A stretch of 64,000 nt of DNA, taken from contig JBHLMG010000012.1 of the NCBI GenBank assembly GCA_048938385.1, forward strand, positions 1 to 64,000. Direction: 5' to 3'. Below the pieces are notes generated by a model. The model was given only the letters and a program-made list of their open reading frames with translations, was not told the origin of the DNA and searched no databases. Shown one piece after another: positions 19,976 through 29,316 of the stretch (the first letter of the stretch is position 1; each line of letters opens with the position of its first letter). The position numbers were made by a program, and so were the translations under genes. This DNA is from Promethearchaeota archaeon (lineage in GTDB: Archaea; Asgardarchaeota; Hermodarchaeia; Hermodarchaeales; Hermodarchaeaceae).

Positions 19976-20953
19976 CTACTCAAGGGTAGATTTCAAGGCT
20001 TGGAGAAAAAGGGTGGGATCAAGTCGTCCCGCCGTGTAGAAAAGCCCTGTGCGTAGATCATTAACAGCGATTTGAGCAGGAGCAAAGAGCATTTTATCAA
20101 TCTTATAAAAATCACCTTCGGCATCCTTGAAAATTTGTCGGAATGGTTTACCATAATCCGAGGAGGTGGAGGAGGGCACCTGCTTGACGAGCTCTCCCAG
20201 ATTATCACCCTCAGTGGATTGAATGAACAGAAAGGTTTCACCCATCATAAGGATGGCGTCGTTGGTGATGCCCATGGCTCGCATGTCTTTTCGGGCAACA
20301 GGAACAATAGGGCATGATCCGATCCCGCTTCGTACCTTGAGGAAGTCATAGCCAAGAATCTTGAGTTTATGGATTCCCGTCTCAACGATGCGTGCAGCAA
20401 TTTGAACAGAACCTACGATACTCGCTGTAGGTGCAACGAGAAGGTAGAGATCTTTTTCCGCGATGCGACAAGCTTTAGCGATGTATTCGCACACCGCGGG
20501 GTTAGGAAGTGTGCGGGTTTCCATCACAAGGATGGCTTCAGGATGGTTGTCTTTGTAGTCAAGTTTTGTGAAGAGTTTGTCTTCGACTCTGGCCCGTGCT
20601 CGAGCAGGTCCAGAACCAAGGGCAAAGAATCCTTCTACCTTTATATCCCAACCCGCAGCTTGAGCGCCAATACAAGCAAGGGCAGGCATATCTGTGCTGA
20701 CATAAGCGGCTGGAAACACGGAATCCCCGATTCGCGTAGTTCCAATCACAACCGTGCTAATTCCGCCCATACATATTTCAGCAACGAGCCGCCCGGCTTC
20801 TAAACTTCCAGGAATTTCAATACCACAATCAATTACGGTTGCTTTTCCTTTTTGTTGGTGAATTTTTACCTGTAACAGATCGCTGTCGCTTATTAGTTGC
20901 TTAACTAAGGGCATGGCCCTTTGGTTAACACTAGGTTCCGTTTTCGCCACCAT
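19976..20953 (-). CDS. mch: Methenyl-H4MPT cyclohydrolase
   Basis: SVN..A, IDCGI, ICMGG, QAAGW, LGSGPARA, VAPTASIVGSVQIAAR, TNDAIL, FYKID..LFAPA. Confidence 0.95.
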   Translation of the reverse strand: MVAKTEPSVNQRAMPLVKQLISDSDLLQVKIHQQKGKATVIDCGIEIPGSLEAGRLVAEICMGGISTVVIGTTRIGDSVFPAAYVSTDMPALACIGAQAAGWDIKVEGFFALGSGPARARARVEDKLFTKLDYKDNHPEAILVMETRTLPNPAVCEYIAKACRIAEKDLYLLVAPTASIVGSVQIAARIVETGIHKLKILGYDFLKVRSGIGSCPIVPVARKDMRAMGITNDAILMMGETFLFIQSTEGDNLGELVKQVPSSTSSDYGKPFRQIFKDAEGDFYKIDKMLFAPAQIAVNDLRTGLFYTAGRLDPTLFLQALKSTLE

Positions 20954-21836
20954 TGTTATTCGCCTCAAGGTGATGAGTGTTCTTCGGTTTAAATAGGAGA
21001 ATTTCACCACGTCCATTCGAACCGAAATCTCCAGTAAACCGAAGATATGGTCCTACACGGTCTTTTTCTGAAAATTTTACACCTGGAATTTCGGCTTCAA
21101 TAGCGTCTAAGAGTAATCGTAGGACCAGCATGTCCGTATATTCGCCGTTAAACAGGTGTGTGGGCATTAGGGGTTCTGCTCTACCTAAGGCGATGATTGT
21201 GCCCTTATAACGCATTGCAGCTCCTGCGCGTGGTCCAAGTCGACCTCGAACAATGATGGTTCCAGCTAGCATTTGGGTGCCTGTGTACGATTCGGTGTCT
21301 CCATCAACAACAATGATGCCACGGCGCATTCCCATGCCTAGCTCGTGCCCTGTATTCCCTTTGATATGGAGGCTTCCACCGTTCATTCCATATTTACTCC
21401 CAAGGTAAGCGGAAGCCGCCTTATCGCCTACATCTCCTGAAACATAGATACTTCCACCTGACATCTCCGCGCCGAGCCAGTGATCAGCATTTCCCCTTAT
21501 TTCGATACTGCCACCTTTTATTCGGGCACCTAGATGCATCCCAACATTACCTTTTACTAGGATGTATCCCGCGGTCATGTCTTGACCCAGATGTCGGATC
21601 TGTGGAACATCACCATCAACCTCAATAATGGTTTCTGCGGGGGTTTTTGCAGATTTTCCTGATATCTCAAAGGTCTTGTTTAAGGTAATGCGGCGGTTTC
21701 CATGCCAGATTTTGAGCTTACTTAGATTATCCAACGATTTACCGGCAAATGTGTCTGGTGAGATATTTGATAAATCAAGAGGGATGCGTTCTTTGGGATC
21801 AAATATTGGTCGTAGTACAACTTTCGAGGAAGACAT
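20931..21836 (-). CDS. fwdC: Formylmethanofuran dehydrogenase subunit C
   Basis: ISPD.FAG N-terminus, GxxMxGG beta-helix repeats, FTGD..GRGEI. Confidence 0.93.
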   Translation of the reverse strand: MSSSKVVLRPIFDPKERIPLDLSNISPDTFAGKSLDNLSKLKIWHGNRRITLNKTFEISGKSAKTPAETIIEVDGDVPQIRHLGQDMTAGYILVKGNVGMHLGARIKGGSIEIRGNADHWLGAEMSGGSIYVSGDVGDKAASAYLGSKYGMNGGSLHIKGNTGHELGMGMRRGIIVVDGDTESYTGTQMLAGTIIVRGRLGPRAGAAMRYKGTIIALGRAEPLMPTHLFNGEYTDMLVLRLLLDAIEAEIPGVKFSEKDRVGPYLRFTGDFGSNGRGEILLFKPKNTHHLEANNNGGENGT

Positions 21837-22248
21837 AATCAGATCACTTCATCATAACTTCGTTAGATTCCTAAACAGACCAGTCGCAATTCGTGGAACT
21901 AGCATAAACAGATTTTGGATATCTATGCGAAGCATAAATATTCTTATACGCATTTTCAGAATATATCTTCGAGGTTTGTTGAATTGGCAAGGTATCCCAA
22001 ATCCGTTTTTGTGAACGCAGATAATGAAGCGTTCGTACATAAGTACTTTGCAGAGCACCGTTGAGAGTTTTCCAGACAGCAGCAAAGTGTGCTATTTTTG
22101 GTGGTATTTGCAGCTACTTCAATAGCATCTTACAGGGCGGTAACAGGAAAGATTTTCAAAATAGTAAGAAATTAATAATATGCATACCCGATAATTAAGC
22201 AAGTTTTGCCTAATCAAAGGCAAGACAGAAATATTGGAATGGTTTTCG

Positions 22249-23295
22249 ATGAATGTCAAAAAAGTAAGTAAAGTACTTCTGGTTCCACTAATTACTGGTG
22301 TCTTCATTGGTTCACTTTTCGTACTACCCATTGCTCAAGGCATATCTCTTCCGATATTGGGTCCATTAATTCTAACATTTGGCAATGATGAAGCAATCAA
22401 CAATGGTGCACTTCAGCTATCGAGAAATATCCCTGATGCACAGCGCTTCAGCATCCACAATTACATTCATTTTCAAATTACTTTAAGCAAAGCAATTGGA
22501 GAAATCTTCTATGTAGGGCATGGAACTAAAGACGGACTTCAAACCCCATTTGGAATCATACCCTGGCTCCAAATCGATAATATGGTCGAATTAGCACCGG
22601 CAAAAGTTCACTATTTCGCTGTTTGCTACTCAACGGGCATAGAGGCCGATGACAAACTCGTCTTTTGTTCAGGAGGACCATGTGACGCAGTAGTGACTGC
22701 AACCATGTTCTCAATGGCTCATTACTTGCTACAAAATGAACATGACCAAGCTTATAACATTCTGACTTCATTTATTGAGACAGGTGGGTTGACAAGACTT
22801 CAAAACCCAATTGATTTACTCGGACCCTCCTGTCCTCCCGGAGGTAGTCCCTTTGGTATTGACTCGTATACGGTCGTCCGGTCTCCATGTTATCAGGTTG
22901 GTTGGACACCGTATGGCTTGTTAAATCCGCCAGCTCTACACACTCACTGGGATACTCGAGATATCACGAATTTCGTTAATGGAGTATTAGGATTTAACTT
23001 AGTATTCACTGCAGTATTGGGCGTCCTCGCAAAATTTGGTGTAGAGTTTACGCCCCCAGGAGCAGTAGCGATAGCCATCGCAATAGTCGTTTTGTTATTT
23101 GTGAATCTATGGGCACTAAGCCTCAACAGTATGCGAGTAATGGAAGGAGGAGGCAATGTCGAACAGTACACCCCCCTCGACCCCATCAACACAGCATTAA
23201 TTGCCGCGGATGTCCTTGGATTTGCTTGGTGGTACTTCAAGACACAAAGCCATTGGTGGCTTTGCCATGACACCCTTGCCTTTGTGATAAGCTAA
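22249..23295 (+). CDS. Secreted protein: signal peptide, caspase/CHAT-like (clan CD) domain, hydrophobic C-terminal domain
   Basis: Basic then hydrophobic N-terminus; FYVGHG and HYFAVCYS His/Cys motifs; two hydrophobic helices in the C-terminal part. Confidence 0.6.
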   Translation: MNVKKVSKVLLVPLITGVFIGSLFVLPIAQGISLPILGPLILTFGNDEAINNGALQLSRNIPDAQRFSIHNYIHFQITLSKAIGEIFYVGHGTKDGLQTPFGIIPWLQIDNMVELAPAKVHYFAVCYSTGIEADDKLVFCSGGPCDAVVTATMFSMAHYLLQNEHDQAYNILTSFIETGGLTRLQNPIDLLGPSCPPGGSPFGIDSYTVVRSPCYQVGWTPYGLLNPPALHTHWDTRDITNFVNGVLGFNLVFTAVLGVLAKFGVEFTPPGAVAIAIAIVVLLFVNLWALSLNSMRVMEGGGNVEQYTPLDPINTALIAADVLGFAWWYFKTQSHWWLCHDTLAFVIS

Positions 23296-23303
23296 GGAGG
23301 CTA

Positions 23304-23828
23304 ATGAAATTGGTGAAGATGGTGAAGGTGAAAGATAAGGGGTCTGGATTACAACAATTTCCACCGGTTCGTGGACTACTCATAGAGGCAATGATGTACT
23401 TAGTTCCCTTTTTAGCCCTATTTTTGACACTGAATCCCTCCTTTCCTCCAGGGGCTGAATTCATGCTACCCCTCGCCTTCTTAGGTGCAATCAGCCTTGG
23501 GAGCATCATCAACATACCCTCTATCCTGTGGTGCTACCGTCTTTACAAGAGACAACAGGCACAACTAAACACCAGCCATTTAATTCTCCAAACCGTAGTG
23601 GATGTTTCCGTGTTATTTATCACCTCAATTGGTGGTGTTTCATCCAGTTCGCTCGTCCTTCTACTTTCTGGAATACTATATGTCAGCGTTTCAGCCGGAC
23701 TCCGGATCGCCAGTTACGCTGGCCTCTCTATATTATTAAAAGCGCGACAGGACACCATTATCTGGGAAAGAACTCGACCTCCAAGTACAACTCTACCTGT
23801 CTACAATGTATCCACAAGCTCTAGATGA
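23304..23828 (+). CDS. Small membrane protein with about 4 TM segments (candidate immunity protein)
   Basis: RBS AGGAGG right after the upstream stop; four hydrophobic segments. Confidence 0.65.
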   Translation: MKLVKMVKVKDKGSGLQQFPPVRGLLIEAMMYLVPFLALFLTLNPSFPPGAEFMLPLAFLGAISLGSIINIPSILWCYRLYKRQQAQLNTSHLILQTVVDVSVLFITSIGGVSSSSLVLLLSGILYVSVSAGLRIASYAGLSILLKARQDTIIWERTRPPSTTLPVYNVSTSSR

Positions 23829-23860
23829 GGGAATACTCCCTCATCTCCCACCCTTTTTTT
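23824..23860 (+). terminator. Hairpin plus U-tract terminator
   Basis: GATGAGGGA-ATAC-TCCCTCATC perfect 9-bp stem, followed by T7. Confidence 0.65.
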
Positions 23861-24217
23861 GCCCTGCCAAGTCCATCCATTCACCCCTTTGACCTCCTTT
23901 GGCGCAGTAGTTTCAGCAATATTGATTCTTCACTCTGCACTCTCACAGCAACTTTGACAAGAAAGGCATCAATTTCTGAGTGAAATGCCAGCTTTGACCT
24001 GCTGAGGTTATTATGCTGTACTATAACACTTATACTACCTAGTGTCTCTAAACTCAGAACTCTAGACTTAAACACATCGAGATTGAGTTTTAAGTACTTC
24101 TTTAGACAAAGAGGTATTCTACTCTATTACTGCCGAGAAAGTCTAATTGTCGGTTATTTCTTTTAAGCTGCTCCGCACCGAAAACTGCATATGGTTTTTC
24201 GGATTGACGCAAAAGAG

Positions 24218-24417
24218 TGCACTAGGTCACATGGTGTGTGGGGGATAGCCGAGGGCACCTATCTAGGGCTAACTCTGGACAAACGCCGAGGAACGAGGAC
24301 TAAGCTCCCCAGATGGTGTCGTTGCAGAGTGTTACAGTGGAGCTACTGGGAGAGAGTCGCCTGTAGGGTAAGCTAGGTGAGTAGCTTGCGGACAGACGGT
24401 GAAAGTGACCAATTGCA
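24218..24417 (+). ncRNA. Candidate structured non-coding RNA (unassigned)
   Basis: Closing stem GGTCAC/GTGACC; internal stems TAGCC/GGCTA, AGCTCC/GGAGCT, GTAAGCTA/TAGCTTGC; G-rich patch in an AT-rich spacer. Confidence 0.35.
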
Positions 24418-24618
24418 GTAATAACTCCCCGACCAACAACTCTACTGCTGCAGAAATCTATATGTAGGTAGGTGTAGTTGGGTTAAGTAATTTAATTTCA
24501 TGAGTGTCACTAGTTTTAGTGTATAAGGTAAGGCGCCCATCTGATGGGAACTCATGACCCTATCAGAAATGTCTGTGGCGGCTGATGTTGAAGCATTCAT
24601 TGGAAAGGAGTTGGTAGA

Positions 24619-24801
24619 ATGACTGCAGCTGATAAATGCCATTGGCATAACAAAAAGTGCCCTAGAAAACCTCGCCCAGAGAAAGACACTGCTGGTGCTT
24701 GCTTCATCTGTCGCACAGCTAATCTCGTTGAGGTGGGTCTCTACACTCAGGGGCTCTTGAAACAGATGCTTTACTATCTGAAGCTAATGGTTGAGGAGTA
24801 A
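24619..24801 (+). CDS. Small Cys/His-rich (possible zinc-binding) protein
   Basis: RBS GGAAAGGAG; CHWH..C..CFIC. Confidence 0.5.
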   Translation: MTAADKCHWHNKKCPRKPRPEKDTAGACFICRTANLVEVGLYTQGLLKQMLYYLKLMVEE

Positions 24802-25161
24802 TCTAGAGAGAGAAAGAGAGAGATGTGATTCACCAGTGTATCTCCTCTTAGAGCATATTTATGCAAAAGTGAAATAGATTTTGAATATTTATGAGTAACC
24901 ATTAATTTGTTACACTGTGTTTCAGAAATAATTGTGCAGTATGTTGAATCAAGGATGCATCAACACTACCAGCTATTACATTAAAACAAAATTCAACCTT
25001 TCAAATGCTCTTCAATGTAATGGAGTGCAATACCAATTAAACAGACATGTTCTTCATAATAGGCTCAGACGCCCTAAAAATTCAGTCTAAGCCGACCTAG
25101 TATGTATTTAAATACAAGTGTTAGATTGCTGCACATACCACCATATTCAAAGTGGTAGTAG

Positions 25162-25359
25162 ATGTCAAAAATCAAAGCAGCATTCGGATTAAGCGGTTTG
25201 ATCGGAATTCTCTGGATTATAATCGGTGCGATCTTTATTATTTACCAACCTTTTGGTGGAATTCCCCTCTACCTTGGGTTTAGCATCATTGGTGTGCTGA
25301 TTCTCATTATTGGAATTCTACAACTGCTTAAGGTTATTGGTGTATTTGAAAAGACTTAA
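25162..25359 (+). CDS. Small two-TM membrane protein
   Basis: Two hydrophobic helices; TATA-like TTTAAATA upstream and a terminator downstream. Confidence 0.7.
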   Translation: MSKIKAAFGLSGLIGILWIIIGAIFIIYQPFGGIPLYLGFSIIGVLILIIGILQLLKVIGVFEKT

Positions 25360-25372
25360 CACCAAAAAGCCA

Positions 25373-25405
25373 GGGAAGGCTGGGTAACCAGTCTCCCTTT
25401 TTTTT
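25373..25405 (+). terminator. Hairpin plus U-tract terminator
   Basis: GGGAAGGCTGG-GTAA-CCAGTCTCCC followed by T8. Confidence 0.7.
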
Positions 25406-25667
25406 CTTCCTCCCTCACCTTAGAACCTCAAGAACATGTTTACCAGGTCACACAGAACCTGGGCGAATAGAATCTATAATATCAGAGTAGGTTAACCCTT
25501 GTGACTTACAATTTGAAAGAAATGCACAGGGAGATATCCAAAAGGAAATTCAACTAACGGAATTCCAACAGGTTCTAATATATTTAAGGAAATGGAGAAT
25601 AAGTCTTGGTGGTACGGTACTATTATTAACATAATAGTCATTACGACTCTGGTTCGGGGTTCATACT

Positions 25668-26564
25668 ATGGAACTGAATGGAATAGAAATCGAGGATACC
25701 TACGCAGAAGCTTTTGATATGAAAGTTGCGCGCATTCTCATGACTGCTGAAACCAAAAAATGGGCGCAAACTTGTGCATATTCTGCTGCAGGCTTCGCCA
25801 CTTCTGTCATTGAATGCAAAGTTGAAGCTGGGATTGATCAAGTCGTCCCCGCCACAGATACACCCGATGAGCGACCTGGTATCACCCTGCTCTTTGCGGC
25901 ATTGAAATCTAAGGACCTTGCTAAACAACTTCGTAAGCGAACAGGCCAGTGTATCCTTACCTGCCCGACATCTGCAGTGTACAATGCACTTGATGATGCT
26001 GAAGAATGGGTGGATGTTGGAGATCAGCTCCGATATTTTGGAGACGGGTTTGAAGACCGGAAACGAGTAGGTGATAAATTATTAGTCTGGCGTATTCCAG
26101 TGATTGAAGGCGAGTTCCTAATTGAAGAAAAGTTTGGGATTCGAACCGGAGTAGGTGGTGGTAATCTCATTCTCATGGGGAAAAACTCCAAAGACACCTT
26201 AAAAGCCGCAGAAGCGGCTGTCGATGCTATCCATACAGTAGATGGGTGCGTTGCTCCGTTTCCTGGCGGTATCTGCCGTAGCGGTAGCCAAGTCGGCTCA
26301 AAATACGACTTTTTGGAAGCCTCAACTAATGTAAGGCTTTGCCCAACTCTTCGAGAACATGTAAAAGACTCTCTTGTTCCTCTTGGAGTTAACAGCGTCT
26401 TAGAGATAGTTCTGAACGGACTCAGCAAAAACATAGTCCAAGATGGTATGCGTGCAGCGCTCCATGCTGCCGTACAAGTTCCCGGGTTGATCAAGGTAAC
26501 TGCTGCCAACTTTGGCGGGAAACTCGGGCAACACAAATTCCACCTCAAAGCGCTCATCGATTGA
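25668..26564 (+). CDS. ftr: Formylmethanofuran:H4MPT formyltransferase
   Basis: IEDTYAEAF, GFATSVI.C..EAGI, GQCILTCPT, FGDG, PFPGG..SGS, STN, NFGGKLG. Confidence 0.96.
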   Translation: MELNGIEIEDTYAEAFDMKVARILMTAETKKWAQTCAYSAAGFATSVIECKVEAGIDQVVPATDTPDERPGITLLFAALKSKDLAKQLRKRTGQCILTCPTSAVYNALDDAEEWVDVGDQLRYFGDGFEDRKRVGDKLLVWRIPVIEGEFLIEEKFGIRTGVGGGNLILMGKNSKDTLKAAEAAVDAIHTVDGCVAPFPGGICRSGSQVGSKYDFLEASTNVRLCPTLREHVKDSLVPLGVNSVLEIVLNGLSKNIVQDGMRAALHAAVQVPGLIKVTAANFGGKLGQHKFHLKALID

Positions 26565-26725
26565 CAGCATCTATTCCCTCCTTTCCCTTTTTCTCGCAAT
26601 AATAGCAGGAACTAACACTTCTGAACGAAAGACACTTATCTGCACCTGATTGATGTGAATTCTGAGAAGAGGTTGGGGAATCCAGCCAGTTCTATGTCTT
26701 AGCAACTCATGTTAGGTGGAATGTT

Positions 26726-29266
26726 TTGCCACCAAAGAAAAGCCCTACACGCGTTAGTAAGGCTGTACCTAACACACAAATTGGCACAGCCTTTTTTTCT
26801 ATCACGGAAGCACCCGGTGTATTAATTATTGGATTGGATCAACAAGGACGAACTAAATTCTTCAATAAAGGCTGCGAAGAACTCACCGGGTACTCGCGCA
26901 GTGAAGTACTTGGTCGCTCCATGATTTCAAACTTCATTCCCACTAAACAACGCACCACAATTCGTCAGGCTTTCAAGGAACTATTGAGGACGAAGAAACC
27001 CAAACATGTAATTTTCGACTGGACGACCAAACAGGGTCAGCATCGAACCATTGAATGGAATATAACCCCCTTTTTTGATGCCCAAGGAACTGTGAAAGAA
27101 GTCTTTGCAATTGGTGTAGATGTTACTGAACAAACACAAGCCGAGCAAGCCCTTCGTGAGAGCGAAGAAAAATTCCGAACTTTCTTTGACAATGCTACAG
27201 ACGCCATCATCATAGCTGACACAAAAGGTCGAATCATCGAAGTCAACAACATCGCTTCAGAATTAACAGGATATCATCATGAAGAACTACTCAAAATCAC
27301 CCCACACAAATTCATGGGATTAGCCACTCAGGAACAAGTAATTCAGCGTATTCAGGAAGTACTGAAAAAAGGTTCAGTTATTTTTGAAGCTCAAATCGCT
27401 CATAAAGATGGACACACGATTCCTGTAGAAATAAGAGCGCGTAAAATCGACTACAACAACCGACCTAGAATTATCGCCAGTGTTCGAGATATCATTGAGC
27501 GAAAAGAAGCTCAATCTCTACTCCGACTTCAAGAAAAAGCCATCGCTAGCTCCCGAAGCGGTATCATTATCACCGATTTAAACGGCACAATTACATATAC
27601 TAATCAGGCTTATCTAGATCTCGTGGGTCACGAAAGCTCTGTTAGCGTCCTTGGAAAGCAAGCAATGGAGGATCTCGGGCGTGAAGGCTTAACACCGGAG
27701 GCCTTGCAGGCATTTCTCAAGAAGGGCTTTTTTAGCACAGAATACTCTCATCGCCTTCCAAACGGATTATCAGTGGACCTTCATGTCCAGGCTACCATTA
27801 TCGCAGATGAGGACGGAAAACCCAGCCATATTATGGCAACAGTCACGGACATCACTGAACTCAAAGCAGCAGAGGCTCAATATCGTCATCTCTTTGAAAG
27901 CGTTCCAGTTGGTCTATTCCGCACCAAACCAGGAGTCGGAGAAATATTGGATGCCAATCCTGCTTTAGTAAACATCCTAGGGTTTCCCGATGAAGAATCA
28001 CTACGAAAGCGCAAAGCCTCCTCGTTTTACCTCGATCCAGAAGATCGACGGAAATGGGAACGGCAAATTGCTGAAGAAGAAGTCATTCGGGGATTTGAAT
28101 CTCAGTTTGAACGTCTTGATGGTCGAAAAATCTGGGTTCGACTTAGCAGTCGTGCCTTTCGTGATCACAAAGGGCAGGTCAGTTATTATGAAGGTACACT
28201 CGAAGATATTACGGATCGGAAACTTGCTCAACAAGCTTTAGCAGCTAGCGAAGAAAGGTATCGCCTCTTTTTTGAAAATATTTCTGATGTGATTCTCCAG
28301 CTTGACCCACAACTTCGCCTAGTCGATGTTTCTCCCTCGGTAGAGAAGCATCTTGGGTATCATCCCGACGAACTCAAGGGTAAGTTTTACCCTGATCTCA
28401 ACATTTTGGCTCCTGAGCATCTCGAAGTGGCTTTAGAGAATTCGAAAAAGCTCTTTTCAGGTGAACTCGTCGGACCAAGAGAGTATTCGTTTATCGCAAA
28501 GAACGGCTCACGAATTTGGGGGGAAATCAATACCACACCCATAACGCGAGATGGCGAGGTGGTCGCCCTCTTTTCCCTCATTCGGAACATCAATGATCGA
28601 AAACTTGCTGAAATTGAACTTCGCAACATTAACCGTGACCTTGAAATCTACGCTTCGTTACTTCGCCATGATTTGGGAAACGATCTGCAAGTGATTTTTA
28701 GCACCACCGAGGTGGCACAGCTGCTTGCTCCTGAAGGCTCGGAGATTCGTGATTTTACCGAAACCACTCGCGCTGCCGCCGAACGGATGGGTCGTCTCCT
28801 CGATTTGTTTGGACGACCCGACAAAGAGGCTGAAAAAGAAATTGTTGCTTTAATTGAACGGGTTGCTAAGCAGGCCACAAAAGCTCATAAACAACTAAGT
28901 ATCCAGATTGAGGCTCCTGATGAAATCAAGGGGATTAGAGTGGCTAGCGGACGATTACTCCCCATGGTTTTTGATAACCTCTTTCGTAACGCGGCTCAAC
29001 ACGCTGGACCCCGACCTTCTGTCAAAGTATCGATTGCCCAAGAACATAATCAGGTAAATATAGAACTGACTGATTTTGGTCCAGGTATTCCCAAGAAATT
29101 GTTAGGGCAACTCTTCCAGCGTGGAACTTCCACAACTGGAAGTGGGTTGGGCTTGAATTTGAGTCAACGCATCCTAGAGGCTTACGGAGGATCCATCGAA
29201 CTGCTCCCGTCTAAAGATGAGCAAGGCGCAGCGTTTCGGATAACCCTCCCCCTAGAAGAATCATAG
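26726..29266 (+). CDS. Multi-PAS (five domains) sensor histidine kinase
   Basis: Five PAS/PAC repeats, LRHDLGN, NAAQH, DFGPGI, GSGLGL. Confidence 0.92.
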   Translation: MPPKKSPTRVSKAVPNTQIGTAFFSITEAPGVLIIGLDQQGRTKFFNKGCEELTGYSRSEVLGRSMISNFIPTKQRTTIRQAFKELLRTKKPKHVIFDWTTKQGQHRTIEWNITPFFDAQGTVKEVFAIGVDVTEQTQAEQALRESEEKFRTFFDNATDAIIIADTKGRIIEVNNIASELTGYHHEELLKITPHKFMGLATQEQVIQRIQEVLKKGSVIFEAQIAHKDGHTIPVEIRARKIDYNNRPRIIASVRDIIERKEAQSLLRLQEKAIASSRSGIIITDLNGTITYTNQAYLDLVGHESSVSVLGKQAMEDLGREGLTPEALQAFLKKGFFSTEYSHRLPNGLSVDLHVQATIIADEDGKPSHIMATVTDITELKAAEAQYRHLFESVPVGLFRTKPGVGEILDANPALVNILGFPDEESLRKRKASSFYLDPEDRRKWERQIAEEEVIRGFESQFERLDGRKIWVRLSSRAFRDHKGQVSYYEGTLEDITDRKLAQQALAASEERYRLFFENISDVILQLDPQLRLVDVSPSVEKHLGYHPDELKGKFYPDLNILAPEHLEVALENSKKLFSGELVGPREYSFIAKNGSRIWGEINTTPITRDGEVVALFSLIRNINDRKLAEIELRNINRDLEIYASLLRHDLGNDLQVIFSTTEVAQLLAPEGSEIRDFTETTRAAAERMGRLLDLFGRPDKEAEKEIVALIERVAKQATKAHKQLSIQIEAPDEIKGIRVASGRLLPMVFDNLFRNAAQHAGPRPSVKVSIAQEHNQVNIELTDFGPGIPKKLLGQLFQRGTSTTGSGLGLNLSQRILEAYGGSIELLPSKDEQGAAFRITLPLEES

Positions 29267-29316
29267 CATCTATATACTAGGGGTTAACACTGTTAAGCGT
29301 ACGAGGGCGGCTAACT

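Noticed and set aside
24595-24612. TGGAAAGGAG resembling the 3' end of the Moco RNA motif
   Set aside because: The upstream conserved elements of that motif are absent; better explained as an RBS.
26136-26148. T-loop-like GGTTCGAATCCC on the minus strand
   Set aside because: It lies inside ftr and no cloverleaf forms; no tRNA, rRNA or CRISPR array was seen in the window.
26024-26599. Long antisense or overlapping ORFs in the track (this one, 39695-40228, 10988-11524, 61607-61828 and similar)
   Set aside because: Mostly shadow frames of well-supported genes; none has recognisable motifs.
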